From the NCBI GenBank assembly GCA_038060295.1, contig JBBTHR010000011.1:6610-70609 (forward strand): a DNA stretch of 64,000 nt, in the 5' to 3' direction. The stretch comes from Candidatus Eiseniibacteriota bacterium. GTDB lineage: Bacteria > Eisenbacteria > RBG-16-71-46 > SZUA-252. Shown here piece after piece: positions 1 through 7,781 of this stretch. The translations under genes were made by a program, and so were the position numbers. Below the pieces are notes generated by a model. The model saw only the letters and a list, made by a program, of their open reading frames with translations, searched no databases and was not told the origin of the DNA. Every line of letters begins with the position of its first letter. Position 1 is the first letter of the stretch.

Positions 1-574
1 TCGGTTCGCCCTTCTGCGCGCGCGCGAAGGTTTCGCTTGCGATTCGGTATCCCTCCTCGCGGAAGAAATCCCTGAAGTGCCTCCCGACCATCTCCTCGGG
101 GCGGTACCCGAGCATGGCGGCCATCGGCCCGTTCACTTCTTTGGTGATTCCCTCCCGATCGACGCTCCAGATCCCGTCAGGGCTGCTGGCGAGTAGCTGG
201 TGGAAGCGCGCGGCCTCCTTGCGGTTTCGCTCGATCCCGGCCTCCTCCTCCGCGTGGAGTTGGATGCGCGCCCGGATGACGATCACGCCCGCGAAGGCCA
301 GCGTGGCCAAGTCGGCCAGCACGTCGGGGATCGGTCCCCGCGTGGCGCCCGGCAGCCTCCCCTCCACGAGGGTGGCCGCGAGGGTGACGGCGAAGCAGAT
401 CCAGGCGAAGCGATTGGGATGGCGGAGCGTGACGAATACGAGTGCCAGGAAGGGAAAGATGGGGCTTTCAATGGAGGGGAAGACCGTCTCGAGCGCGAAG
501 TTCGCGGCTGCCGCCACGAGCGGTAGCGAGACCGCCTCGAGCCACGGTTGTAGATGATCGCCCTTGTCCGCCAT
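1..574 (-). CDS. membrane-anchored PAS-domain sensor protein, N-terminal part (gene runs off the left edge)
   Basis: Own translation of the minus strand from ATG (complement of 572-574) gives MADKGDHLQPWLEAVSLPLVAAAANFALETVFPSIESPIFPFLALVFVTLRH... Hydrophobic segments are followed by the PAS-like stretch 'FHQLLASSPDGIWSVDREGITKEVNGPMAAMLGYRPEEMVGRHF'. The frame stays open to base 1, so it has no stop in the window and is absent from the ORF track. Confidence 0.6.
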   Translation of the reverse strand, partial: MADKGDHLQPWLEAVSLPLVAAAANFALETVFPSIESPIFPFLALVFVTLRHPNRFAWICFAVTLAATLVEGRLPGATRGPIPDVLADLATLAFAGVIVIRARIQLHAEEEAGIERNRKEAARFHQLLASSPDGIWSVDREGITKEVNGPMAAMLGYRPEEMVGRHFRDFFREEGYRIASETFARAQKGEP

Positions 575-702
575 TCGTGCCCCCCGGAGCGTCTGGCGAC
601 GGAGATCCAAGTTCTGAGGCTTCCCGTGGGGAGTCTGGTAGCCCCAACGACTACGACCTTAAGATGATTGGGCGGGGCGGCGCAACACCTTATGCTATCG
701 AT

Positions 703-2094
703 ATGAGATATCCAGCCGAGCCGTTCCGAATCAAGGTCGTCGAGACGGTCCGTTACGTCTCCCGCGAGGAGCGGACTCGCCTCTTGGATGAGGCGGGGCT
801 GAACATCTTCTCCGTCCCTGCCGATTCGATCTACATCGACCTTCTGACCGATTCGGGGACCTCCGCGATGAGCGACCGCCAGTGGGCGGGGCTCATGATG
901 GGGGACGAGTCGTACGCGGGGAGCCGCAACTTCTACAATCTGCAGAAGACCGTCCAGGGGATCACCGGCTATCCGCACGTGATTCCGACCCACCAGGGCC
1001 GAAGCGCCGAGCACCTCCTCTTCTCCGCGCTCGTCTCGAAGGGGCAGATCGTTCCGAACAACAGCCACTTCGACACGACCCGCGCCAACGTGGAGGCGGA
1101 AGGGGCCGAGGCGCTCGATCTCGTCATCGAGGCCGCCCACGATCCGGCCGAGGAGCACCCCTTCAAGGGGAACATGGACCTCGCCAGACTGGAGCGGGTC
1201 CTCTCCGAGAATGGCCGCGCGAAGATCCCGCTCGTCATGATCACCATCACGAACAATTCGGGGGGCGGACAGCCCGTCTCCCTGGAGAACGCCCAGGCGG
1301 TCCAGGCCATCTGCGACCGCCACGGGGTCCCGCTCTTCTTCGACGCCTGCCGCTTCGCCGAGAACGCGTTCTTCGTGAAGGACCGCGAGCCCGATTGCCG
1401 CGAGCGCTCCGTTCGCGAGATCGCGCGGGCGATCTTCGACTGCGGCGCCGGCTGCACCATGAGCGCGAAGAAGGACGGCTTGGTGAACATCGGCGGCTTC
1501 CTCGCCTTCCGGGATCCGACACTGCGCGAGAAGGTCACCAATCTCCTCCTTCGCGTGGAGGGCTTTCCAACCTACGGCGGCCTGGCGGGGCGGGATCTCG
1601 AAGGGATGTCGCGGGGGTTGGAAGAGGTCCTGGACGAGGACTACCTGGCCTTCCGGATCGCCCAGGTCCGGGGCCTGGGCCAGATGCTCATGGACGCCGA
1701 CGTCCCGATCGTCCGCCCGGTCGGGGGACACGCGGTCTACATCGACTCGCGCCATTTCGCCCCTCACATCCCGCCGGATCAATTTCCCGGGCAGGCGCTC
1801 GTCGCGGTGCTCTATCGCGACTACGGCATCCGCGCGGTGGAAGTGGGAGCCCTCATGTTCGGCCACGCCGACCCCGCCACCGGGGAGCCGGTTCTCCCGC
1901 GGCTCGACCTCGTTCGGCTGGCGATTCCGCGCCGCGTCTACACGTCGGAGCAGATCCGCTACGTCGGGCAGTCGGTGATCGAGATCTTCCGCGGCCGGGA
2001 ACGGCTACGGGGGCTCCGTATCACGTACGAAGCCCCCGTCTTGCGCCACTTCACCGCGCGACTCGAGCCGGTGGAGCCCGTTCCCGCGCGCTAG
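703..2094 (+). CDS. tnaA: tryptophanase / tyrosine phenol-lyase family beta-eliminating lyase (PLP-dependent)
   Basis: ORF 442..2094 trimmed to ATG 703 (MRYPAEPFRIKVVE...). Family motifs are 'DLLTDSGTSAMSDRQWAGLMMGDESYAGSRNFY', 'PTHQGRSAEHLLF' and the PLP-lysine context 'SAKKDGLVNIGGF'. I cannot distinguish tryptophanase from tyrosine phenol-lyase by eye. Confidence 0.85.
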   Translation: MRYPAEPFRIKVVETVRYVSREERTRLLDEAGLNIFSVPADSIYIDLLTDSGTSAMSDRQWAGLMMGDESYAGSRNFYNLQKTVQGITGYPHVIPTHQGRSAEHLLFSALVSKGQIVPNNSHFDTTRANVEAEGAEALDLVIEAAHDPAEEHPFKGNMDLARLERVLSENGRAKIPLVMITITNNSGGGQPVSLENAQAVQAICDRHGVPLFFDACRFAENAFFVKDREPDCRERSVREIARAIFDCGAGCTMSAKKDGLVNIGGFLAFRDPTLREKVTNLLLRVEGFPTYGGLAGRDLEGMSRGLEEVLDEDYLAFRIAQVRGLGQMLMDADVPIVRPVGGHAVYIDSRHFAPHIPPDQFPGQALVAVLYRDYGIRAVEVGALMFGHADPATGEPVLPRLDLVRLAIPRRVYTSEQIRYVGQSVIEIFRGRERLRGLRITYEAPVLRHFTARLEPVEPVPAR

Positions 2095-3599
2095 TCTTCC
2101 GTCTTCGGTCCCTCCGGCATGCGAGGCGTCAACCCCGGTGCCGGCGGCGCCGGCGTGGATCCGAACGATGCGCGCCGTGCGCGCTCCGCCGTCAGCACGT
2201 GCATGTTCAGGAGCTTGATGTCGACGCGGTTGTTCAGGAGCCGCCCCGCGGTCGACGTGTTCGGCGCGATCGGATCGGTGTCGCCGTAACCCGTGATCCA
2301 GATGCTCTTCTGGCTCAGCTTCGGGAACTTGGCGAGGATATAGCGGAGCACCGCGCGCGCCCGCAGCCCGGTGAGCGGTACCCGGAAGCCCGGCTCGGGC
2401 GTATCGTCGCAGTGGACGCCGATCTCTACCTTCAACGAAGGCCACTGGGTCAGCATCACGGCGACCGAGTCGAGAAGCGCCGCCCCCGCGGGGCTGAACG
2501 TCGCGGAGTCGGGCGCGAAGGGGAACGCCGAGAAGCGAATGAGCCAATCCTGGAGGAACGTCCGCTCGGTGGGCGTCGGTTCGATCGTGCAGCCGCCCGC
2601 GTTCACCGCCACGCCGAGAGGCGTGTTGGGACCGATGTCGATCCCGTCGGGAATGCCGTCGCCGTCGTCGTCCGTCGGGCAACCGCCCGCGTCCACCACG
2701 GAGCCGGCGGGGGTGTCGGCGCACTTGTCGAGGCCGTCGAACACCTTGTCGCCGTCGCTGTCGACGCCGCAGCCCTGCGCGTCGACCACGACGCCCGCGA
2801 CCGTATCGGCGCACTGGTCGATGCCGTCGGGAACGCCGTCCTTGTCGCTGTCGACGAAGACGCCCTGCGCGTCCACGACCGCGCCCTTCGGGGTGGTCGT
2901 CTGCTGATCGAGGCCGTCGAAGACGCCGTCGCCGTCACCGTCGAGCGGGGCGCCGTTCGCGGCGACGACCGCGCCGCGCGGCGTGCTGGGCGACTGATCG
3001 CGCTTGTCGGGAACCCCGTCCTCGTCGGTGTCCCGCGGGCGGCCGCCCCAGAGGGCCGTCACGCCGGCGGAGAGAAAAAACGTGTTCACGCGCGTGGCGC
3101 GTCCCGGTCCGCCTTCTTGCGAATAGCTGATGTCGCGCCCATCGAGGCGGAACCCGAGGCGTTCGCCGGCGCGAACCACGACGCCGCCGCCGCCATGCAT
3201 CGCGCCCGCGGACTTGGAACCTGACCCGTTGTCCGCGCTGGCCGAACCGAGTCCCGCGTAGAGGTAGGGAAGGACCCAGTGATAGCGGTCGGAGGTTACA
3301 ATGAGACCGCCGCCGAAGTGCGAGAAGGAACCGCTCCCCGTGGCGGGCTGTTCGAGATTGGGGGACGACGTGGCGAAGAGGCCTTCGACCCCGAACCAGC
3401 GGTTCAGGAAATACCCGCCTCGAACGCCGAAACCGGGGGAGTCTTTGAGCGCCTGCTCGGGGTCGAACGCGGCGACTCCCCCTTCGAGGGAGACCCACGC
3501 GCGTTCCTCCACGGCATGCGCCTGCGGGACGCTACCGGCGACAAGGGCGAGGAGGACCGCGGCAGGCAGAACGGCAGCGCGCGTGAACGACGAGGACAT
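2091..3599 (-). CDS. OmpA-family outer-membrane protein with thrombospondin type-3 Ca-binding repeats
   Basis: 502-aa ORF with signal peptide MSSSFTRAAVLPAAVLLALVAGSVPQAHA. It has a Gly/aromatic beta-barrel-like N-terminal region, five D-x-D-x-D-G-x-x-D repeats, and a C-terminal OmpA-like domain ('ITGYGDTDPIAPNTSTAGRLLNNRVDI'). Confidence 0.85.
   Translation of the reverse strand: MSSSFTRAAVLPAAVLLALVAGSVPQAHAVEERAWVSLEGGVAAFDPEQALKDSPGFGVRGGYFLNRWFGVEGLFATSSPNLEQPATGSGSFSHFGGGLIVTSDRYHWVLPYLYAGLGSASADNGSGSKSAGAMHGGGGVVVRAGERLGFRLDGRDISYSQEGGPGRATRVNTFFLSAGVTALWGGRPRDTDEDGVPDKRDQSPSTPRGAVVAANGAPLDGDGDGVFDGLDQQTTTPKGAVVDAQGVFVDSDKDGVPDGIDQCADTVAGVVVDAQGCGVDSDGDKVFDGLDKCADTPAGSVVDAGGCPTDDDGDGIPDGIDIGPNTPLGVAVNAGGCTIEPTPTERTFLQDWLIRFSAFPFAPDSATFSPAGAALLDSVAVMLTQWPSLKVEIGVHCDDTPEPGFRVPLTGLRARAVLRYILAKFPKLSQKSIWITGYGDTDPIAPNTSTAGRLLNNRVDIKLLNMHVLTAERARRASFGSTPAPPAPGLTPRMPEGPKTED
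2634..3032 (-). repeat. five in-frame thrombospondin type-3-like repeats inside the OmpA-family gene
   Basis: The peptide units are DTDEDGVPDKRDQ, DGDGDGVFDGLDQ, DSDKDGVPDGIDQC, DSDGDKVFDGLDKC and DDDGDGIPDGIDI. Each is followed by a 'TP.GAVVDA.GC'-type linker. They span aa ~190-322 of the ORF. Confidence 0.7.
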
Positions 3600-3765
3600 G
3601 AGGTACGCCTCCGAATTCCGACAGTAGGGGAAAGAATCGCGCGAGTGTGTCCCGCTTTGGCCCCTATGTCAAGATTCTGTTATACTTTGCCGCCTTGCGG
3701 CGAGAGACGCCGCCGCGACCTGATCGTGGCCGATCCGGCCTCCCCGTGAAGCATCGAGGATAGCC

Positions 3766-4215
3766 ATGCTGGAAGAACGTCTGAACGAGGAAATGAAGCA
3801 GGCGCTCAAGTCGGGCCAGCAGACCCGCCTGGGGACGCTCCGGATGATGCGGAGCCAAGTCCTGCTGGAGAAGAAGAAGGATGCCTCGATCGAGATCCTC
3901 GCCGATCCCCAGGTGATCCAGGTCCTCGGTGCCTATGGGAAGAAGCTGCGAGACTCCGCCGCGGAATACGAGAAATTGGGCCACCCGGAGCAGGCGCGGA
4001 CGATCCGGGAGGAACTGGCCGTCGTTCAGGAGTTCCTACCCCAGCCGTTCACTCCTGAGGAGGCCAAAACGCTGGTCGGGCAGGTCCTCTCCGACCTCGG
4101 CGCCACCAGTGCCAAGGACTTCGGCCGGGTCATGAAGGAAGCCCAGGCCCGGGCCGCCGGCCGCACCGACGGGAAGGTCCTGAGCGACCTCGTGCGCGCG
4201 GCGCTCGACGGATGA
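3766..4215 (+). CDS. yqeY: GatB/YqeY domain protein
   Basis: 149-aa ORF with typical YqeY-family features: 'MLEERLNEEMKQALKSGQQTRLGTLRMMRS', 'EELAVVQEFLPQPFTPEE' and 'KDFGRVMKEAQARAAGRTDGKVLSDLVR'. A TTGGCC-N18-TATACT promoter-like pair lies at 3657-3686. Confidence 0.8.
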   Translation: MLEERLNEEMKQALKSGQQTRLGTLRMMRSQVLLEKKKDASIEILADPQVIQVLGAYGKKLRDSAAEYEKLGHPEQARTIREELAVVQEFLPQPFTPEEAKTLVGQVLSDLGATSAKDFGRVMKEAQARAAGRTDGKVLSDLVRAALDG

Positions 4216-4263
4216 GTTTCTGGATGGTAGAGTGCTCCCTATCCTCATGAGTTCGACCCGCCC

Positions 4264-6207
4264 ATGACACCCCCGCCGAGTCGGCGCCCGAAGCCGCGAC
4301 CCAAGTCGCGGCCCTCGTTCGGCCCCCCTTCCGCTCGTCCGCGTCCCGCGGGCGGGACAGGCAGGGCGCGCCCCGCGAGCGGTACCGGCCGGCCGCGCCC
4401 CGCGGGGGGGACAAGTTCGCCGCGTCCCGCGAGTGGGACAGGCAGACCGCGCCCCGCGCGCGATTACCAGAGGCCTACCGGTCCCAAGGAACATCCGCAG
4501 TACGGCACGAGCATTCCTCCGGAAGAACTCGCGGCGATGAAGGACCTTCAGCGCCAGCAGGGGCGGAAGGACCGCGGCACCCGTTACGAGGACACGCGGC
4601 GTCCCCGGAACCATTACGAGCGCCCCGCGACCCCCGGCGGCGGATTCCGCCGCGAGGGTGGACCCAGCGGGCCTTCGGGACCCCGTTCGCGCCCCAGCTC
4701 CGGTCCTCGTACCAGTTCCAGTTCGCGACCAAGTTCCAGTTCGCGACCCAGCTCCGGTCCTCGCCCCAGCTCCAGTTCGCGCCCGAGCTCCGGTCCTCGC
4801 CCCAGCTCCAGTTCGCGCCCGACCCGCTTCGAGCGGCCCGGGCGCGAAGGAGGCGGTGGGTATGGCGGCCAGGGCTTTCGCCCGGCGGGCGGAGCGCGCC
4901 CCGATCGCGGGCCCCGACCCAGCGGTCCTCGCCCCGGCGGTCCCCGCTCTTCCGGGCCACGGCCCGAGGGAGGGTTCCGTCCCGACCGCGAGCGTTCGCC
5001 CCGTCCGGACCGTTTCGAGAGGAAGGATAGCTTCGAACCCCGCAGCGAACGCCCGGCGCGTTTCGAGCGTCCCGTCCCCGCCGAGGTTCCGGTCCGCCAC
5101 GATCGTTCCGAGCGCCCCATGCGTCCCGTGCGTTCCGATCGCCCGCAGCGCCCGCTTCCTTCGAGCGCGGGCCTCGGTCCTCCGATGCATGTCCCCGCGC
5201 CGGAGCAGCCGCCGCTGGCGCGGCTTCGCGCCCTTCTGTTCGGTTACCAGACGACCGCGGCGGTGACGGCCGCGTACTCGCTCGGTGTCTTCAGCGAGAT
5301 CCACCGCCGTCCCCAGACGGCCGAGGATCTGGCGAAGGCCTGCGCCAGCGACCCGCACGGCATGCGCGCGCTCCTCGATGCGCTCGTTTCGCTCGGGGCG
5401 CTGCAGCGGCACGGCCCGACCTACGTCCTGCCGCGCGACCTCGCTCCCTATCTGGTGCCGGGAGTCGATGGAGACGCGACCGGCCAGATCGAGATGACGA
5501 TGGACCTCTACCACGCGTGGGGCGAATTGGCTCGCGGCGTGCGCGAGGGAACCCCCCGCTATCCGCTCACCGGCGACGCCATTCTCCAGGGCGACCCGAG
5601 CCGAGTTCGCCGCTACATCCGCGCCGTTCACACGGGGAGCCGCGAGGCGGCGCTTCGCCTCGTCCAGATGGCGCCGCTCCTCGCCGGGTCGAGTCTTCTC
5701 GACGTCGGCGGCGGTTCGGGAATCTTCTCCGCCACCTACGCGCGGCAGACGCCGGATCTCAAGGCGCATCTCTTCGATCTCGCTCCGACCCTCGAGGTGG
5801 CGCGCGACATCCTGAATGCCGAGGGTTTGGAGGAGCAGATCGAGTACCACTCGGGCGACTACCGCCACGATCCGTTCCCCGGGCCGATCGACACGGTGCT
5901 TCTCTCGAACGTCATCCAGACGGAGACCGAGGAGCATGCCTTTGGAATCCTGAAGCGCGCCTGGGAAGCGCTCCGCCCCGGCGGCACGATCCTCATCCAC
6001 GGCGTCATGCCCGAAGCCGGCGACGCGCCCGAGGCTCCCGTGGCGCTCTTCTCCCTCCTCATGTTCACCCTCTTCGGGCACGGGCGGGCCTGGTCTTCGG
6101 ATCAGGTTTGCGAGTGGCTGGCCCAGGAGCGGTTCGGCGTCCGCTCCGTGAAACCGCTGGGCGAGCCGTTCCACACGAAGCTGATCGTCGCGACGCGCCT
6201 CGACTAG
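4264..6207 (+). CDS. class I SAM-dependent O-methyltransferase (family-2 type, dimerisation + MT domains) with a ~307-aa Arg/Pro/Ser/Gly-rich N-terminal extension
   Basis: C-terminal half: 'LLDVGGGSGIFSATYARQTPDLKAHLFDLAPTLEVAR' (SAM-binding GxGxG), 'YHSGDY' and 'GGTILIHGVM'. The N-terminal half is low-complexity with in-frame tandem repeats. An alternative start at ATG 5185 would leave ~970 nt non-coding, so the full-length call is less certain than the MT domain call. Confidence 0.6.
   Translation: MTPPPSRRPKPRPKSRPSFGPPSARPRPAGGTGRARPASGTGRPRPAGGTSSPRPASGTGRPRPARDYQRPTGPKEHPQYGTSIPPEELAAMKDLQRQQGRKDRGTRYEDTRRPRNHYERPATPGGGFRREGGPSGPSGPRSRPSSGPRTSSSSRPSSSSRPSSGPRPSSSSRPSSGPRPSSSSRPTRFERPGREGGGGYGGQGFRPAGGARPDRGPRPSGPRPGGPRSSGPRPEGGFRPDRERSPRPDRFERKDSFEPRSERPARFERPVPAEVPVRHDRSERPMRPVRSDRPQRPLPSSAGLGPPMHVPAPEQPPLARLRALLFGYQTTAAVTAAYSLGVFSEIHRRPQTAEDLAKACASDPHGMRALLDALVSLGALQRHGPTYVLPRDLAPYLVPGVDGDATGQIEMTMDLYHAWGELARGVREGTPRYPLTGDAILQGDPSRVRRYIRAVHTGSREAALRLVQMAPLLAGSSLLDVGGGSGIFSATYARQTPDLKAHLFDLAPTLEVARDILNAEGLEEQIEYHSGDYRHDPFPGPIDTVLLSNVIQTETEEHAFGILKRAWEALRPGGTILIHGVMPEAGDAPEAPVALFSLLMFTLFGHGRAWSSDQVCEWLAQERFGVRSVKPLGEPFHTKLIVATRLD
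4342..4458 (+). repeat. 27-bp in-frame tandem repeat (about 4.3 copies) encoding RPA(G/S)GT(G/S)(R/S)(A/P)
   Basis: The peptide reads RPAGGTGRA RPASGTGRP RPAGGTSSP RPASGTGRP RPA. The DNA units begin cgtcccgcgggcgggacaggcagggcg / cgccccgcgagcggtaccggccggccg and so on. Confidence 0.8.
4687..4821 (+). repeat. 36-bp in-frame tandem repeat (about 3.5 copies, one half-unit) encoding SRPSSGPRPSSS
   Basis: The unit tcgcgcccgagctccggtcctcgccccagctccagt recurs nearly perfectly at 4741-4776 and 4777-4812, with diverged copies at 4687-4740. The peptide is SRPSSGPRTSSS SRPSSS SRPSSGPRPSSS SRPSSGPRPSSS SRP. Confidence 0.85.
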
Positions 6208-6232
6208 AGCGCCGCGCGCGCCGACCACGGCC

Positions 6233-7117
6233 GTGCCCGAACTTCCGTTCCTCGAAGTCCTCGTCGAAAACCTCGCGTCGCGCATTGCCGGCCGCCGGAT
6301 CGAAGCGCTGGAAATCCGCCAGCCCGCGCTCCTCCAGACCGCCTCTCCGTCGCCCGACTCCTTCATCGGCGAATACCTGAGCCTCCCGACTCGAAAAGGG
6401 AAGTACGTCGTGCTCGAGACCGAGTCGCGGCGCGCGATCGTGATTCACCTGATGCGGCTGGGGAGGTTGCAGATCGCGGCTCCCGCCGAGGGGAAATCCC
6501 GCGCGGTGAAGAAGAAGCCGGGGCCGGGCCCGAAGCAGCTCTCCGCGCGCCTCGTGTTCGACGACGGAAGCGAATTGCGGCTGGTGGAGCATGGGACGGA
6601 GAAGCGCGCGCGGCTCTGGCTGGCGGAGGAGGTCGACGCGGTCGCCGAGCTGGCGGCGGTCGGTCCCGACCCTTCACGCGGCGAACTCTCCCGCGACGAC
6701 CTGCTCCGCGCGCTCCGCGCGGAGTCGCGCCAGTTGAAGACGTTCCTCACCGATCAGCGGGCGCTCTCTGGAGTTGGCAACGGCCTCTCCGACGAGATCC
6801 TCTACGAAGCGAGGCTGTCACCGATGGCGCTGACCGGCCGTACCGATGACGAGGCAGCGGCGCGGCTCCACGACGCGATCCTGGCGGTGCTGGAGCGCCA
6901 AACCGCGCTTCTGCGCGAGGCGATGGTGGGGGAGTTGCCGCAGCGCGAGCCCTCCCCGCACTACGCGGTGCACGACCACGCTGGCGATCGCTGCGCGCGC
7001 TGCGGGGCGACGGTGGCCCGCCTCTCCTACGCCGACCACGAGACCTTCTATTGTCCCGGCTGCCAGACGGACGGGAAGCCGTTGAAAGACAGGCGATTGT
7101 CGCGACTACTCCGTTAG
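6233..7117 (+). CDS. mutM: formamidopyrimidine-DNA glycosylase (Fpg/Nei family)
   Basis: It has the N-terminal catalytic 'MPELPFLEV', an H2TH region 'DQRALSGVGNGLSDEILYEARLSP', and a C-terminal zinc finger 'CARCGATVARLSYADHETFYCPGCQ'. Confidence 0.85.
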   Translation: MPELPFLEVLVENLASRIAGRRIEALEIRQPALLQTASPSPDSFIGEYLSLPTRKGKYVVLETESRRAIVIHLMRLGRLQIAAPAEGKSRAVKKKPGPGPKQLSARLVFDDGSELRLVEHGTEKRARLWLAEEVDAVAELAAVGPDPSRGELSRDDLLRALRAESRQLKTFLTDQRALSGVGNGLSDEILYEARLSPMALTGRTDDEAAARLHDAILAVLERQTALLREAMVGELPQREPSPHYAVHDHAGDRCARCGATVARLSYADHETFYCPGCQTDGKPLKDRRLSRLLR

Positions 7118-7258
7118 GAGGTGGAGGACGGCGACCATCGTGCCGATGGAGAAGGGTTGATGCGCGCCTCGGGCGTGGCGCAGAATGCTCGGCGCGGGGT
7201 ATTAGGAAGCGATGTCCGTAGGAATCGTGTCGTTGAGCGACACCTTGGAGATTTCCTC

Positions 7259-7648
7259 GTGAAGCGGTTCGTGGCTTTCCTTCTCATCGTGGTGGTCGGG
7301 ATTCCCTGGACGGCGTTTTCCGCCGCGAGGGGCGAGGCCTGCCCGGTGCCGCTAACCCCCGCGGCCCCGGCCTGCTCCTACTGCGCTCCCGTGGTGTCGG
7401 CGGTGTCGGCGGGGCCATCGCTCGAGGCCAGTTGTTGCCGCTTCCTCCCGACGTCAGAGAGCATTCCCGCCCAGGCGGGATCCATCGGTGTCACCCCGAG
7501 GCCGCTTCAGTCGCCAGACCTCGCCGCCATGATTCCCACAATCGATGGGAAGTCGATTTCGGCCGTTCCGGCCGCTCGCGCCCGTGACGCCCGCGGCGCA
7601 TCGCCCCCGCACGCCTCTCCCACCCGGACGACCCACCTCCTCCTCTAG
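7259..7648 (+). CDS. hypothetical secreted Cys-rich protein upstream of the efflux operon
   Basis: ORF 7121..7648 trimmed to GTG 7259, giving the signal-peptide-like 'VKRFVAFLLIVVVGIPWTAFSAARGEA'. Cysteine clusters are 'ACPVP', 'ACSYCAP' and 'SCCRF'. I recognise no family, and both the start and the coding status are uncertain. Confidence 0.35.
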   Translation: MKRFVAFLLIVVVGIPWTAFSAARGEACPVPLTPAAPACSYCAPVVSAVSAGPSLEASCCRFLPTSESIPAQAGSIGVTPRPLQSPDLAAMIPTIDGKSISAVPAARARDARGASPPHASPTRTTHLLL

Positions 7649-7781
7649 TAGTCCTTCCCATCCCAGGCGCCTTACCGTCAGGTGTAAGGTCGCCCGCACG
7701 GCATCCGTCCGCCTCGGCGTCATCCGCGCCGAACGTGGAGCGCCGCACGATTCCCGAAGGAACGGAAGAGGAGAGGACCCG

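Noticed and set aside
2091-2094. Convergent tnaA-family and ompA-family genes share overlapping stop codons within the palindrome CTAG.
   Set aside because: This is real in the sequence, but it is a trivial consequence of tight convergent packing and implies no functional element.
7121-7258. The N-terminal 46 codons of ORF 7121..7648, and likewise the long N-terminal extensions of ORFs 7545, 8048, 10354, 13464, 14599, 27496, 41081, 42242, 54853, 57181 and 57513.
   Set aside because: These extensions overlap the 3' end of the preceding gene and are low-complexity. They precede an internal start that has an SD-like sequence, a signal peptide or the conserved family N-terminus, so the starts were trimmed.
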